Positions 1 to 9,680 of a DNA stretch of 64,000 nucleotides are shown one piece after another (position 1 is the stretch's first letter; each line of letters opens with the position of its first letter). The notes beneath the pieces were generated by a model, which saw only the letters and a program-made list of their open reading frames with translations, made no database searches and was not told the DNA's origin. A program made the translations under genes and the position numbers. Source of the DNA: Minisyncoccota bacterium. GTDB taxonomy: Bacteria > Patescibacteriota > Minisyncoccia > Phycocordibacterales > Phycocordibacteraceae. The DNA is taken from NCBI GenBank assembly GCA_036517735.1, contig DATDUD010000048.1, forward strand, positions 3,559 through 67,558, in the 5' to 3' direction.

Positions 1-1362
1 AACCTCCTTATCAATTGCCTTCACGCGTTCCTTCACTTCCTTTGCGTTCTCACTTCCTTCGTCCTTCTTCATGGCCTCCCTCTCTATCTCAAGCCGGCGT
101 ATTCTCCGGTCGGTTTCCTCAAGCAAAGGGGGCTTGTTCTCAAGCGCGATGCGTAGACCCGAAGCTGCTTCGTCGATGAGATCGACTGCCTTGTCCGGCA
201 GGAACCTGTCGGTGATATAGCGCGATGAAAGCTCAACAGCAGCCACTATGGCGCTGTCGGTGATACGCACACCATGAAAGAGCTCGTACTTGTCGCGAAG
301 TCCGCGGAGAATGGCGATAGCATCCTCGATGGGAGGTTCGTTCACGAAGATCGGTTGGAAGCGGCGAGTAAGCGCACCGTCTTTCTCAATATGCTGTTGG
401 TATTCCTTTATAGTGGTAGCGCCGATCATGCGAATCTCACCGCGGGCAAGCGCAGGTTTCAGCATGTTTGAACCATCCATAGAGCCTTCGGCAGCTCCCG
501 AACCAACAAGCGTATGGAGCTCGTCTACGAAAAGGATGACCTTCCCGTCTGCCTTTTCTACCTCCTTCATCACGTTTTTCATGCGCTCTTCGAACTCTCC
601 ACGGTACTTGGTACCAGCGATCATCATGCCGAGATCAAGCGAAAGAAGTTCCTTGCCTTTCAAGGATTCCGGAACGTCTCCTACAGCAAGACGCTGCGCA
701 AGTCCCTCTGCAATGGCTGTCTTTCCGACACCGGCTTCTCCGATGAGAACCGGATTGTTCTTCGTGCGTCGTGAAAGTATCTGTATGACGCGGTTGATCT
801 CCTGGTCGCGTCCGATGACCGGATCAAGGGCGTTGTCATGAGCAAGTTTGGTAAGATTCCGGGCGAACTTCGCAAGCGCACGGAAGCGCTTTGGCTCTCC
901 CGCGCTTCCTTCGCGGGAATTCTTGAGCTCCTTGATGACTTGAACAACCATGTCGCGTTCGATGCGGAAGCGCGAGAGCGCGTCTTCGGCGGGTCCAGGA
1001 TGCTCGAGTACGGCTATGAAAAGATGCTCTGTTCCGATAAAGGAATCATTCATTCCTGCGGCTACTTTGCCTGCCGCATCCAGCACTTCGGCAAGCTCGG
1101 GAGTGATGTACAGGTTGTATGAAGGAGAGAGGACCGAAGAGGAGTCCGGCGTCTCGAGAGCCTCAAGAAGCGTGTCAGCAAGAAGGATAGCGTCCACATC
1201 CATGCGATCAAGTACAGAGAATACGAGGCTCTCCTCCTGGTGGACGAGGGCCGTAAGGAGGTGGAGCGGGGAAACATGGTTCTGCCCGCGCTCTATAGCA
1301 AGCTCATGAGCCCGTTTTATGGCTTCTTTTGCTTTGGTTGTGAAATTCTTAAATGGCGGCAT
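1..1362 (-). CDS. clpB: ClpB-type AAA+ chaperone, N-terminal ~454 aa. The gene continues past the window start and was not in the ORF track because it has no in-window stop.
   Basis: Reverse-strand translation from the ATG at 1362..1360 gives [35 protein letters not shown] (Clp N-domain). At the window edge it reads [41 protein letters not shown], a ClpB middle-domain coiled coil. Confidence 0.8.
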   Translation of the reverse strand, partial: MPPFKNFTTKAKEAIKRAHELAIERGQNHVSPLHLLTALVHQEESLVFSVLDRMDVDAILLADTLLEALETPDSSSVLSPSYNLYITPELAEVLDAAGKVAAGMNDSFIGTEHLFIAVLEHPGPAEDALSRFRIERDMVVQVIKELKNSREGSAGEPKRFRALAKFARNLTKLAHDNALDPVIGRDQEINRVIQILSRRTKNNPVLIGEAGVGKTAIAEGLAQRLAVGDVPESLKGKELLSLDLGMMIAGTKYRGEFEERMKNVMKEVEKADGKVILFVDELHTLVGSGAAEGSMDGSNMLKPALARGEIRMIGATTIKEYQQHIEKDGALTRRFQPIFVNEPPIEDAIAILRGLRDKYELFHGVRITDSAIVAAVELSSRYITDRFLPDKAVDLIDEAASGLRIALENKPPLLEETDRRIRRLEIEREAMKKDEGSENAKEVKERVKAIDKEV

Positions 1363-1382
1363 GTATATATACGGTACGCAAA

Positions 1383-2129
1383 TTACGACGTAGTCGCAAG
1401 CAGAGCAGTAATCAAGTCGGTGGGAATGAAAAGTCCGGGCGTTGCTCCCTGTATACCGATGACCGATCCTGAGAGGTTCACGGCAGCAGCACCAGCAGGG
1501 ATCTCCGTGAGGCTCATCCACACGCCGGCAGCATCGATCTTGCTCACTATTCCGGTCAGAGCCGCGCTGTCGCGGGTTATGGCTATCGCAGTCTGACCAG
1601 CCTTGAGTTCTGCAGCAGGTATCAGATTGGAGTCAGGCACGTCAGGCAACTCTGCCGTATCCGAGAAGCCATATACCGCCACTCCCTCCCCTTGCTTTGA
1701 GAGGGACGCCTCTGCTGACTGGCCGTTCGCGAATACGATGGTTGCCTCACGCGGGAGGGTTGCAGCTCCGGTCACGGTCGCAACGGCACGGGACTTCGGA
1801 AGGTATACGCCATACGCGATTGCCTCCGATGTCGCGGCTCCTCGATGGATGAGCACCGTGCGGTTCACGCTCGCGCTTATGGCGGTAGTGAGGAGCTGCT
1901 CGCCGGAAGGCGCTTGAGGCGTAGGCTTCACAGCAGTGGTCGCCACCTGCACTGGAGTTGATATAGTCTCAACCGTGCGTTCGACGATACGATTTACGGT
2001 CTGGGTGACATTAGCCGGTGCCTGATCGAGCATGGCCACGGTAAGGATGCCGGTAGCGATTGAGATCACGAAGTTAACCAGGACGGTCAGAAGAAGGAGC
2101 TGGGCTTTTGAGAGGTCCTCTATATCCAT
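1383..2129 (-). CDS. Membrane-anchored trypsin-like (S1C/HtrA-fold) pseudo-protease. The catalytic Ser motif is replaced (PAGAAA instead of GNSGGP).
   Basis: N-terminal TM helix. The C-terminal region [36 protein letters not shown] aligns to the S1C motif TxGIVSA...DAAINPGNSGGPLVNxxGEVIGI. Start chosen at MDIEDL to avoid overlap with the upstream gene. Confidence 0.45.
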   Translation of the reverse strand: MDIEDLSKAQLLLLTVLVNFVISIATGILTVAMLDQAPANVTQTVNRIVERTVETISTPVQVATTAVKPTPQAPSGEQLLTTAISASVNRTVLIHRGAATSEAIAYGVYLPKSRAVATVTGAATLPREATIVFANGQSAEASLSKQGEGVAVYGFSDTAELPDVPDSNLIPAAELKAGQTAIAITRDSAALTGIVSKIDAAGVWMSLTEIPAGAAAVNLSGSVIGIQGATPGLFIPTDLITALLATTS

Positions 2130-2136
2130 GTCCTGA

Positions 2137-3303
2137 TTATACCGAAGAGGCATCAAGGAAGCGAATGACGCGTATGAGCGCACTAGCGAAGCTCTTGAGA
2201 TCCTTTACGGAGGTCTTTGGTCCCCACGAGACCCGCAAGGTCGAGGACGCGCGGGATATGTCGTTCGTAAGCGCGAGGACTGCGCGGGAACCATGCTCGG
2301 AATCAGTCTCGCAAGCGCTTTTGGTCGCAACAGCAAACCCCTCTTTATCAAGAAGCATAACGGCGTAGTCGGTGTCGCGTCCAGGGAACGAAAGATTGAG
2401 TATGTGAGGGACCCCCTCCTTTCCTTGGTTTATGAGTAAGTCGGGGAGGGCTTGTGAAAGGGTATTGATAAGTGAAGTGCGCATACGTTCCGCATCCCTT
2501 CTGAACGCATCCCTTGTTCCTTCACTCTCTTGAAGGGCCTTGGCGAAGGCGCGGATAAGGGGAACAGCCTCAGTGCCTGGACGCATTCCTCCTTCTTGGC
2601 CTCCACCGTGGAGAATTGGAGTAAGCTTGACGCGCGAACGCATGCATAATGCTCCTATGCCTCGTACTCCTCCGACCTTCTGCGCATCGAGAGTGAGGAG
2701 ATCGGCTGAAAGACGGGTGAGGCTGAAAGGCATAGTAGGCGGTGCCTGGCTTGCATCTACATGAAGAAACGCCCTACTTTTTTCTTTCATTAGGGCATTC
2801 TTTACTCCACGCGTATCCCAACGGGTTCCGGTCTCGCTGCATACTGCGTCAACTGTGACGAGACGAGTCTCCGGACGAATCTGCGTCTTGAGATGAACTA
2901 GGTCGATTCGTCCGTCGGTAATACGGAGAGGCTCGACTTCAACTTCCCATCTTCCTAAAGCACGCAGCGATTCAATAACGGAGGCATGTGCGCTTGGAAG
3001 ATACAGAACGTGCGGGCGTTGCTCGCTCTCCTTTGCTTTCATCACTACTCCCAGGAGTGCAAGACTGTTCGCCTCAGTCGCTCCCGATGTGAACACGACT
3101 CCTGATGGTTTGACCTCTGCAAGACGCGCAATAGTTGTACGCGCTTCTTCTAGAAGCTGCTTTGCGCGTACCCCTTCCTCGTGCGGGGACGACGGGTTGC
3201 CGTAGACCTTCAGTGCTCCGTTCAAGGCGCTTTGTGCGGCTTTTGATACCGGAGCTCCTGATGCCCAATCGAGATATACGCGCTTCTTCGTAAAAGGGAA
3301 CAT
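2137..3303 (-). CDS. Cysteine desulfurase (class V aminotransferase, NifS/IscS-like)
   Basis: Motifs [33 protein letters not shown] and a PLP lysine region [13 protein letters not shown]; 388 aa. Confidence 0.8.
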   Translation of the reverse strand: MFPFTKKRVYLDWASGAPVSKAAQSALNGALKVYGNPSSPHEEGVRAKQLLEEARTTIARLAEVKPSGVVFTSGATEANSLALLGVVMKAKESEQRPHVLYLPSAHASVIESLRALGRWEVEVEPLRITDGRIDLVHLKTQIRPETRLVTVDAVCSETGTRWDTRGVKNALMKEKSRAFLHVDASQAPPTMPFSLTRLSADLLTLDAQKVGGVRGIGALCMRSRVKLTPILHGGGQEGGMRPGTEAVPLIRAFAKALQESEGTRDAFRRDAERMRTSLINTLSQALPDLLINQGKEGVPHILNLSFPGRDTDYAVMLLDKEGFAVATKSACETDSEHGSRAVLALTNDISRASSTLRVSWGPKTSVKDLKSFASALIRVIRFLDASSV

Positions 3304-3385
3304 ATGTATACAGTGCTTCCCTCGCCTTCATTTCGCAAGCCACTTCATGGCGGAAAAGCCCGAGATGTGGTAGTAAAAGCCGTAT

Positions 3386-4864
3386 ATGGCACGAACTCCA
3401 CGTCCACCCATCGTTGCCGTTATGGGTCACATCGACCACGGCAAGTCATCCCTTCTCGACTACATCCGCAAGTCGAATGTCGTTGAGGGCGAGGCAGGCG
3501 GCATCACCCAGCACGTTTCGGCGTACGAGGCGGTGCATGAGCACGAGGGAAAAGAGCGACGAATCACCTTCCTCGACACTCCGGGACACGAGGCCTTCAG
3601 AGCACTTCGTGCACGGGGTGCTCAAGCTGCCGATATCGCTATTCTTGTCATTGCTGCAGAAGAAGGCGTGAAGCCTCAGACGCTCGAGGCATACCAGGCC
3701 ATAGAGGAGGCGGGCACGCCGCTCGTCATTGCGTTTACAAAGATCGATAAGAATAGTGCCGACATAGAGAAAGCCAAGATGTCCACCGTTGAGAACGGCA
3801 TATATCTCGAGGGCCTAGGGGGTTCAATTCCTTTTGCAGGAGTCTCTTCAAAGACCGGCGAAGGAGTTCCTGAACTTCTTGATCTCGTACTTCTCACCGC
3901 AGACCTTGCGGAACTGGCGGCCGACCAGGACGGTCCTGCTGAGGGCTTTATCCTTGAGTCCTCGCAAGACGCAAAGCGAGGCATGACGGCGACGCTCATT
4001 ATTAAAGAAGGGACACTTAAAACAGGTTCCTTCGTTGTCGCAGGCCGTGCAATGGCACCCGTACGTTTTATTGAGGACTTCGCCAACAAGCGGATTCCCG
4101 AGGCGCATCCCTCTCAGCCAGTTTCGGTTTCTGGATTCTCCTCCCTTCCTCCTGCGGGAACGCCATTCAAAATGGTTCCAACCAAGAAGGATGCGGAGAA
4201 ACTTGTGAGTGAGGGTGGGCAGATTCGGGAAGCGGATGCTGCAATCGAGGTAGTAGAAGGAGTGGCCGTACTCCCGCTCATACTCAAGGCTGACGTTACC
4301 GGCAGCATCGAGGCTATCAAGCACGAGCTTGCGAAGATTTCACATGAACGTGTCACCATCCGTATTCTTTCAGAAGGTGTGGGCACGATCGGCGAGAACG
4401 ATGTGAAGACGGCGCAGACCGGAGACGCAGTTATCATCGGTTTTAACGTGTCGACCGACTCGCAGGCGCGCGACTATGCGGAGCGCACAGGCGTTCTCAT
4501 TGAATCCTTTTCCATAATCTACGAACTGGCCGAGCGGGTACGCGTTCTTGTTACGGAGCGTGCTCCACACATCATGGTCGAAGAGATCATGGGCGAAGCA
4601 AAGGTGCTGAAGTCCTTCAGTGTTGCTGGAAACAAGCATGTTCTCGGCGCCAAATGGGTCTCAGGAGAGTTATCAGTCGGGGACCAGGTAAAGACCGACA
4701 GGCGAGGCATACCCATAGGTCAGGGCCGTCTCACGAACCTGCAGGTCGCGCGTATGGATGTGCAGGTGATCAAGGGCGAGGGAGAGTTCGGACTTCAGGT
4801 TGAGTCAAAGGCGGATATCGCTCAAGGGGATACGTTGTTCGCGTTCAGGACTGTTGAAAAATGA
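3386..4864 (+). CDS. infB: Translation initiation factor IF-2 (short form starting at the G domain)
   Basis: RPPIVAVMGHIDHGKSSLLD, DTPGHEAF, GTPase plus C-terminal domains; 492 aa. Confidence 0.9.
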   Translation: MARTPRPPIVAVMGHIDHGKSSLLDYIRKSNVVEGEAGGITQHVSAYEAVHEHEGKERRITFLDTPGHEAFRALRARGAQAADIAILVIAAEEGVKPQTLEAYQAIEEAGTPLVIAFTKIDKNSADIEKAKMSTVENGIYLEGLGGSIPFAGVSSKTGEGVPELLDLVLLTADLAELAADQDGPAEGFILESSQDAKRGMTATLIIKEGTLKTGSFVVAGRAMAPVRFIEDFANKRIPEAHPSQPVSVSGFSSLPPAGTPFKMVPTKKDAEKLVSEGGQIREADAAIEVVEGVAVLPLILKADVTGSIEAIKHELAKISHERVTIRILSEGVGTIGENDVKTAQTGDAVIIGFNVSTDSQARDYAERTGVLIESFSIIYELAERVRVLVTERAPHIMVEEIMGEAKVLKSFSVAGNKHVLGAKWVSGELSVGDQVKTDRRGIPIGQGRLTNLQVARMDVQVIKGEGEFGLQVESKADIAQGDTLFAFRTVEK

Positions 4865-5184
4865 GCATCAAGGACGAGCGCGAGGAGCACATACTGACCC
4901 ATCTAGCTGCTCGCTATATTGCTCGCGAAGCCGGTCGCGACACTCTTATAACGCCGACACGAACGGAGCTTTCAAAGAATCGGAAGAACGTCACTATTTT
5001 CGTGAGCGTGTATCCCAATGAGCAGACTGAACATGCGCTAGCCTTTCTTGCGAGGCATAAGGACCTGTTTCGAGAGGACCTGAAGAAAACCTCACGTCTG
5101 GCCGTCCTCCCCTACATCAAGTTCGAGCTTGATTATGGTGAACGCAACAGACAGCGCTTAGACGAGCTCTCGCGCGAAATGTAG
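4861..5184 (+). CDS. rbfA: Ribosome-binding factor A
   Basis: 107 aa, ATGA overlap with infB, ITPTRTELSKNRKNVTIFVSVY is an RbfA-like core; classic infB-rbfA linkage. Confidence 0.8.
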   Translation: MSIKDEREEHILTHLAARYIAREAGRDTLITPTRTELSKNRKNVTIFVSVYPNEQTEHALAFLARHKDLFREDLKKTSRLAVLPYIKFELDYGERNRQRLDELSREM

Positions 5185-5206
5185 CTTCGCGCTATATTCC
5201 AGATAC

Positions 5207-5281
5207 GGCCCAGTGGCGAAGAAGAAACGCGGCGGATTGCAAACCCGCTATGCACGGATGCGATTTCCGTCTGGGCCTCCA
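5207..5281 (+). tRNA. tRNA-Cys(GCA), atypical, with encoded CCA
   Basis: Acceptor GGCCCAG/CTGGGCC, discriminator U73 (a Cys identity element), anticodon loop TTGCAAA on a GCGGA stem, perfect T-stem ACGGA/TCCGT. Atypical D-loop AGAAGAA lacking GG and T-loop TGCGATT. Confidence 0.5.
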
Positions 5282-5282
5282 G

Positions 5283-5367
5283 GCCGGGGTGGTGAAATTG
5301 GTTAGACACGAAGGTCTTAAACACCTTTGACAGCAATGTCGTGTGGGTTCGAGTCCCACCCCCGGCA
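5283..5367 (+). tRNA. tRNA-Leu(TAA)
   Basis: Acceptor GCCGGGG/CCCCGGC, anticodon stem AAGGT/ACCTT with loop CTTAAAC, long variable arm GACA-GCAA-TGTC, T-loop TTCGAGT. Confidence 0.9.
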
Positions 5368-5457
5368 CAAATAGGTTGAATAATCTTTTGCTATCTACTA
5401 CTATTCGTAATGCGCCGTCCTTGTGGGACGGCATGCATATTCTATCGGTTCTTGCGT

Positions 5458-5530
5458 CCGCCCATAGCTCAGTTGGTAGAGCAACTCCCTCTTAAGGAGA
5501 TGGTCGTAGGTTCGAGTCCTACTGGGCGGA
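5458..5530 (+). tRNA. tRNA-Lys(CTT)
   Basis: Acceptor CCGCCCA/TGGGCGG, U8, D-arm GCTC-AGTTGGTA-GAGC, anticodon loop CTCTTAA, T-arm GTAGG-TTCGAGT-CCTAC. Confidence 0.8.
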
Positions 5531-5543
5531 CGCAGCAACGGAT

Positions 5544-5624
5544 GCTGGGGTGGCGAAATGGTAGCCGCGCCTGCCTTAGGAGCAGGTCCCTTCGGGGGTG
5601 GAGGTTCGAGTCCTCTCCCCAGCA
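5544..5624 (+). tRNA. tRNA-Leu(TAG)
   Basis: Acceptor GCTGGGG/CCCCAGC, anticodon stem CCTGC/GCAGG with loop CTTAGGA, long variable arm, T-loop TTCGAGT. Confidence 0.85.
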
Positions 5625-5628
5625 CAAC

Positions 5629-5658
5629 TTGACTTTTGTGGGCTTTTTGGTATATAAT
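5629..5658 (+). promoter_or_regulatory. Sigma70-like promoter (TTGACT, 18 nt spacer, TATAAT) upstream of the SPFH gene
   Basis: -35 TTGACT at 5629-5634 and -10 TATAAT at 5653-5658; AGGAGA RBS 6 nt before the ATG at 5741. Confidence 0.5.
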
Positions 5659-5740
5659 ATTCAACGGAAATACTGATCTTCGGCAATTCCGCCGAGCTTA
5701 AATCTCGGCATTACGGCCGACCACATTCAGGAGACTTACC

Positions 5741-6991
5741 ATGCCTACAGGCTTGCTGCTTGGCTCAGCTTCGCTTTTGGCTCTTGCTGTAGCGGCGCCT
5801 TTCTTGGCGTCGCCGATTGCAAAGACCGACGTCCTGCTTACGGAGGTTCCGGAAGGAACCGTGAAGTTCGTGATGACAGGCGACTCCCTAAACCACATCT
5901 TGATGTCGTATAAAGGACGGCACCTGAACGATCCGCAAGATCGTACAATCTTCGACCCTTCCATTCCCGAGTGGGAAGTGATCTCGCACGGTCAGAATCG
6001 CGATAAGGAGTTCGACAAGCGATTCCTGCTCTTCCGCATGACCGGCACGTACTGGGTGGGCATTCCTCCTTGGCGTTCGGTCAAGAAGTACCATTTCCGC
6101 TGGAACGAACGGCGGATTGGCAAGGGCGGTCAGGAAGAAGTTTGGTCGCGCCCCGATCGCGAGTACGGCGATCCCGAACATACGAACATCATGTACGTAT
6201 CCTCGTTCCCGTATGAGTTCATACTCGACGGTGCCGAGACCGAGGACGGATTTCCGACCAGAGTCTGGTGCCAGGTCGTGTTGCGGGTCACGAATCCGTA
6301 CAAGGCCATGTTCGACACCGAGAATTGGCTTCAAGTCGTGTCCGCGGCGGTCAATGGAATCGTGAAGGACTACGTCGGCCACGAGACCTTCGACAACCTT
6401 CGAAGCGAGCTAAAAAAGGGCGAAGAAGGTCAAACATCGGCCGACTCGCATGCCTTCTCAAAACAGGTGTGCGAGCTCACCCACGGCCTTCCCGACGACC
6501 CTGTAGGGGAAGTGGATAAGTATAAGAAGGGGTTGTTGGGACGCTTCGGCGTCACGCTCGACTTCGCGACCATCCAGGATATCGCACCTGGAGGTATGCA
6601 CGCCGGCGAGTACGAAAAGGCCTTGGCGCAGGGCTTCCTTGCGGACAAAGAAGCTGAGGCTATTGCCAAGAGAGGCAGGGCTAACGCAGGCGCCGAACTC
6701 GATATGGGCAGGGCAAGGGCTAAGTCCGAAGCCTTGATGGGTACGGCCCAAGCTTGGGCCTTGAGAAGCAGGCTTCGTGTGCTTAAGGATGCCGGCAAGC
6801 TCGGTGAGCTTCTCGTGCAAACCGATGCCATGAAGGCTGACGGTCCCGGCAAGACGATTGTGTGGGCCAATAACCCATTCCTCCGTCAGGCTGGTATTAC
6901 CGAAAACATTCTCGAGGCGGCGAACATCAAGACGCCGGAGGACCTGGAAAGGTTCATTCGGGAGATGATGAAAAAGGAGGAAGTCGCATGA
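5741..6991 (+). CDS. SPFH/Band-7 (stomatin/flotillin-like) domain protein with a long N-terminal region
   Basis: RVTNPYKAMFDTENWLQVVSAAVNGIVKDYVGHETFDNLRSE resembles the SPFH core; C-terminal Ala/Glu-rich coiled region typical of the family. Confidence 0.55.
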   Translation: MPTGLLLGSASLLALAVAAPFLASPIAKTDVLLTEVPEGTVKFVMTGDSLNHILMSYKGRHLNDPQDRTIFDPSIPEWEVISHGQNRDKEFDKRFLLFRMTGTYWVGIPPWRSVKKYHFRWNERRIGKGGQEEVWSRPDREYGDPEHTNIMYVSSFPYEFILDGAETEDGFPTRVWCQVVLRVTNPYKAMFDTENWLQVVSAAVNGIVKDYVGHETFDNLRSELKKGEEGQTSADSHAFSKQVCELTHGLPDDPVGEVDKYKKGLLGRFGVTLDFATIQDIAPGGMHAGEYEKALAQGFLADKEAEAIAKRGRANAGAELDMGRARAKSEALMGTAQAWALRSRLRVLKDAGKLGELLVQTDAMKADGPGKTIVWANNPFLRQAGITENILEAANIKTPEDLERFIREMMKKEEVA

Positions 6992-7611
6992 TTGCCACAG
7001 CAAGGCGCAAGCGAAACCTCATCTACCTCGCCCTAGCCGGACTGCTGGGCATTGCGTACTGGCAGTATCCGGAGACAACGACGAAAATCGCAGACAGGGC
7101 GGGTTACGCAATAGCTGCAGTTTTCATTCTTCTTCTTATTGGGGGTATTGCTCTGGCTCTCACCCTCGGAAAGAAGGAGACTAAAAGTCACTCGCCAACT
7201 CCGGCAAGTCACTCCGTTCCCGCCACACCAAGCACAAGCAGGGGGGGCTCGCGGCGTGGCGGAGGGGCTGTGCTGACGCTGGCACTTGTTGCTGTCGTTC
7301 TCGCAGTTCTCATCTGGGGCTTCCCTGACTGGAGCGATTCCGTCAGTGAACGGCCCCAGCAAGCCTTAGCGGCCGACTACGCTGCGCCGCAGCCGCTACC
7401 GATTGCAGAGTCCGGGAGAATGCCTTCGAAGGAAAGCGGGGAATACTCGCCTCCCTTCGAGCAGGAACCGGGATACGACAACTGCATTGACGTGCCGTTC
7501 GAAGGTTTTCGGAGGCGTGTCAGCGGTGGCCAGGAACGCTATCAGAGCACGGGCGAAGCTCGTGACTTCACGGTGTACTGGTATCCGGACGGCAAGTGTG
7601 CGCAACACTGA
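6988..7611 (+). CDS. Hypothetical membrane protein (2 TM) co-transcribed with the SPFH gene
   Basis: ATGA overlap with the upstream gene; two hydrophobic helices; no recognisable domain. Confidence 0.45.
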   Translation: MIATARRKRNLIYLALAGLLGIAYWQYPETTTKIADRAGYAIAAVFILLLIGGIALALTLGKKETKSHSPTPASHSVPATPSTSRGGSRRGGGAVLTLALVAVVLAVLIWGFPDWSDSVSERPQQALAADYAAPQPLPIAESGRMPSKESGEYSPPFEQEPGYDNCIDVPFEGFRRRVSGGQERYQSTGEARDFTVYWYPDGKCAQH

Positions 7612-7616
7612 TCCTC

Positions 7617-7668
7617 GAGGGGTCCGAGTCCAGCGATGGATTCGGGCCCCTTCTTTTTATGTAGCGAT
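7617..7668. terminator. Bidirectional Rho-independent terminator
   Basis: 9-bp GC stem GGGGTCCGA/TCGGGCCCC with a 14-nt loop, followed by TTCTTTTTAT; lies between convergent genes. Confidence 0.5.
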
Positions 7669-7926
7669 ATTTGTAATGATCCGCACGAGGATGCTTGCAC
7701 CAAATACAATCACAAGCCCGAGAATCCCCCACAGCATGTGCTGCCTTCCCACGCGCCGTTTCTCCTCGTCCCCAGCTCCCTGGATGAATTCAATGACCCC
7801 CCACGCAAATACCAGAAATGCCGCAACCGCAACAAGGGCGATAATTGGTTCAAGGATCTGATCCTCGATCTTCGTAATAAAGGAGTCGAACTCCTCAAGT
7901 CCTTCGGGGTTCTCGTTGCCTTTCAT
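7657..7926 (-). CDS. TrbC/VirB2-like (T4SS pilin-family) small membrane protein, paralog 1
   Basis: 89 aa, two TM helices flanking a charged loop GDEEKRRVGRQHMLWGILG; shares a motif with the four downstream paralogs. Confidence 0.5.
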   Translation of the reverse strand: MKGNENPEGLEEFDSFITKIEDQILEPIIALVAVAAFLVFAWGVIEFIQGAGDEEKRRVGRQHMLWGILGLVIVFGASILVRIITNIAT

Positions 7927-7982
7927 ATTTCAATAGTAGCAGAAAGCCGCACCTTGAGGTGCGGCTTTCTAGTGGAGAAAGG

Positions 7983-8351
7983 CTAGCGGACTTCGACCGC
8001 CTGCGGAAGGTCGCTCGGTCCCTCGTTGTCGAGGTTCACTGAACCGACGAGAATATTCACGAGTCCCCAAACTGATATCATAATGAAGAAGCCGAGGATG
8101 CCCCAGAGCATGAGCTGCTTGCCGCTCTTACGCTTCTCCTCATCGTGGCCTCCTGCGATGAAGTAGAGGAAGATACCCCAAATGAAAACTATAAAGGCGA
8201 GGGCAAAGATGACAGGTACCGCAACGTCCGAGATGATATTGGTCACGAAGCTGCCAGCGTCCTGAACGCTGTCAACGCGCTGTTGAGCAAATACAGGAAG
8301 CGCCACGAGGGTAAGCGCAAGTGCGAGGGCGGAATAAACGAGCTTTTTCAT
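7983..8351 (-). CDS. TrbC/VirB2-like small membrane protein, paralog 2 (signal peptide)
   Basis: 122 aa; signal peptide MKKLVYSALALALTLVALPVFA; motif GHDEEKRKSGKQLMLWGILGFFIMISVWGLVNIL. Confidence 0.5.
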   Translation of the reverse strand: MKKLVYSALALALTLVALPVFAQQRVDSVQDAGSFVTNIISDVAVPVIFALAFIVFIWGIFLYFIAGGHDEEKRKSGKQLMLWGILGFFIMISVWGLVNILVGSVNLDNEGPSDLPQAVEVR

Positions 8352-8440
8352 AGATATATGGTTTGGGTCAATGGTTACTCGTTAAGCATAAACCGGAACG
8401 GCAGGCCGTCAATACGGCCGAGTTCCTAGTGGGGACATCT

Positions 8441-8827
8441 TTAATAGATGGCTGGTAGTCCGTCTCCCCTATTTGGTTCGCTATCGCAGTCATTGCCGCT
8501 AAAGCATGGGAGCGGAGGACGCGTCTGATTTTCAAGTCCTGGAACGGTACGGATAAGAATATTCACAAGCCCCCAAACAGAGATCATGACCGCAAAGGCG
8601 ATGACTGCCCAGAGAATGAATTGCTTACCTTTTTGTCGACTCTCCTCTGCATCCGAACCAAGGCTGAAGAAGTATTTGAACACCCCGAAAAGGAATAGTA
8701 GGAATGCCAGTGCGAATATGAGAGGAACCAGTGACGAGTTAATAAGGGAAATGAACCAGTCGACTATGCCGCGAGCCGAGTCTGTTTCGGCCGCAGTCTG
8801 TGCGTATGCGATGTGTATGAGATTCAT
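8441..8827 (-). CDS. TrbC/VirB2-like small membrane protein, paralog 3
   Basis: 128 aa; motif GSDAEESRQKGKQFILWAVIAFAVMISVWGLVNIL; Cys-containing C-terminal tail. Confidence 0.5.
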   Translation of the reverse strand: MNLIHIAYAQTAAETDSARGIVDWFISLINSSLVPLIFALAFLLFLFGVFKYFFSLGSDAEESRQKGKQFILWAVIAFAVMISVWGLVNILIRTVPGLENQTRPPLPCFSGNDCDSEPNRGDGLPAIY

Positions 8828-8865
8828 GTAGTAAGCGTATCAGGACAGAATCTTGATACAAGGAG

Positions 8866-9201
8866 TTATGCCCAGGACTCAAGTATGCCCAAGAATATTC
8901 GGATAATGCCCCAAATAGCGAAAAGAACCACAAGCGAAATGATGCCCCAAAGCATAAGCTGCCTCCCTTTCTGCCGATTCTCTTCGGCATTTGCCCCGCT
9001 CCCGAAGAAATAGCGGAAAACACCGAATAGGAAGACTGCAAAAGCGACAACGTATAGGAGATAAATCAATTGGTCGCCAATGCCTAGTAATTGGCCTTCG
9101 ACAATCTCCTTGAACGTGGGTGTAGCTGCTGAAGTTAAAAGAGGCGCAGCAGCAACAGTTGCTACGAGGCCCCATGCCGCTCTACGTGCAAAACGGATCA
9201 T
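8866..9201 (-). CDS. TrbC/VirB2-like small membrane protein, paralog 4
   Basis: 111 aa; signal peptide; motif GANAEENRQKGRQLMLWGIISLVVLFAIWGIIRIFL. Confidence 0.5.
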   Translation of the reverse strand: MIRFARRAAWGLVATVAAAPLLTSAATPTFKEIVEGQLLGIGDQLIYLLYVVAFAVFLFGVFRYFFGSGANAEENRQKGRQLMLWGIISLVVLFAIWGIIRIFLGILESWA

Positions 9202-9680
9202 AAGGTATCCGCTGTTGACTGTATAACGCGTGCGATACCCTCGGCACCAAGAAGAATGAGTCCTCCGATAACTGTCCAGAAGAATGCAGTGCGTGCTGTA
9301 CGCAGTTTTTCTTCACTACCCCGCGCCGCAACGAAGAGGAACCCGACCCAGACGAACATAAGGATAAGGATAATAGTTCCGATACGTACCGCCGCCTTTA
9401 GCACCAAGCTGAGAAGATCTTCCAGTGAGTCTGCCTTGAGGGGATTCACGAGGGTCTCCCCGGATGCCTGTCCGTTGGGACCTGTAAGAGTTTCGGGAGG
9501 AGTCTGGCAAGTCCCCTGTTGTCCGTCCTTAGGAACAACACAAACCTTTTCTCCAGTACAAACCGTAGCTGCGTTTGCGCGAGTGCAGGACTGTGCGGCT
9601 GCAATACTAAATACGCTCAGAAATATCAAAGTCGAAAGAACAGAAGCCGTAAGGAGATGTCTGAAGGAGAAAATGCTCAT
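9198..9680 (-). CDS. TrbC/VirB2-like small membrane protein, paralog 5 (longer Cys-rich N-terminal region)
   Basis: 160 aa; signal peptide, 4-Cys mature N-terminal segment, C-terminal motif RGSEEKLRTARTAFFWTVIGGLILLG; 4-nt overlap with the upstream gene. Confidence 0.45.
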   Translation of the reverse strand: MSIFSFRHLLTASVLSTLIFLSVFSIAAAQSCTRANAATVCTGEKVCVVPKDGQQGTCQTPPETLTGPNGQASGETLVNPLKADSLEDLLSLVLKAAVRIGTIILILMFVWVGFLFVAARGSEEKLRTARTAFFWTVIGGLILLGAEGIARVIQSTADTL

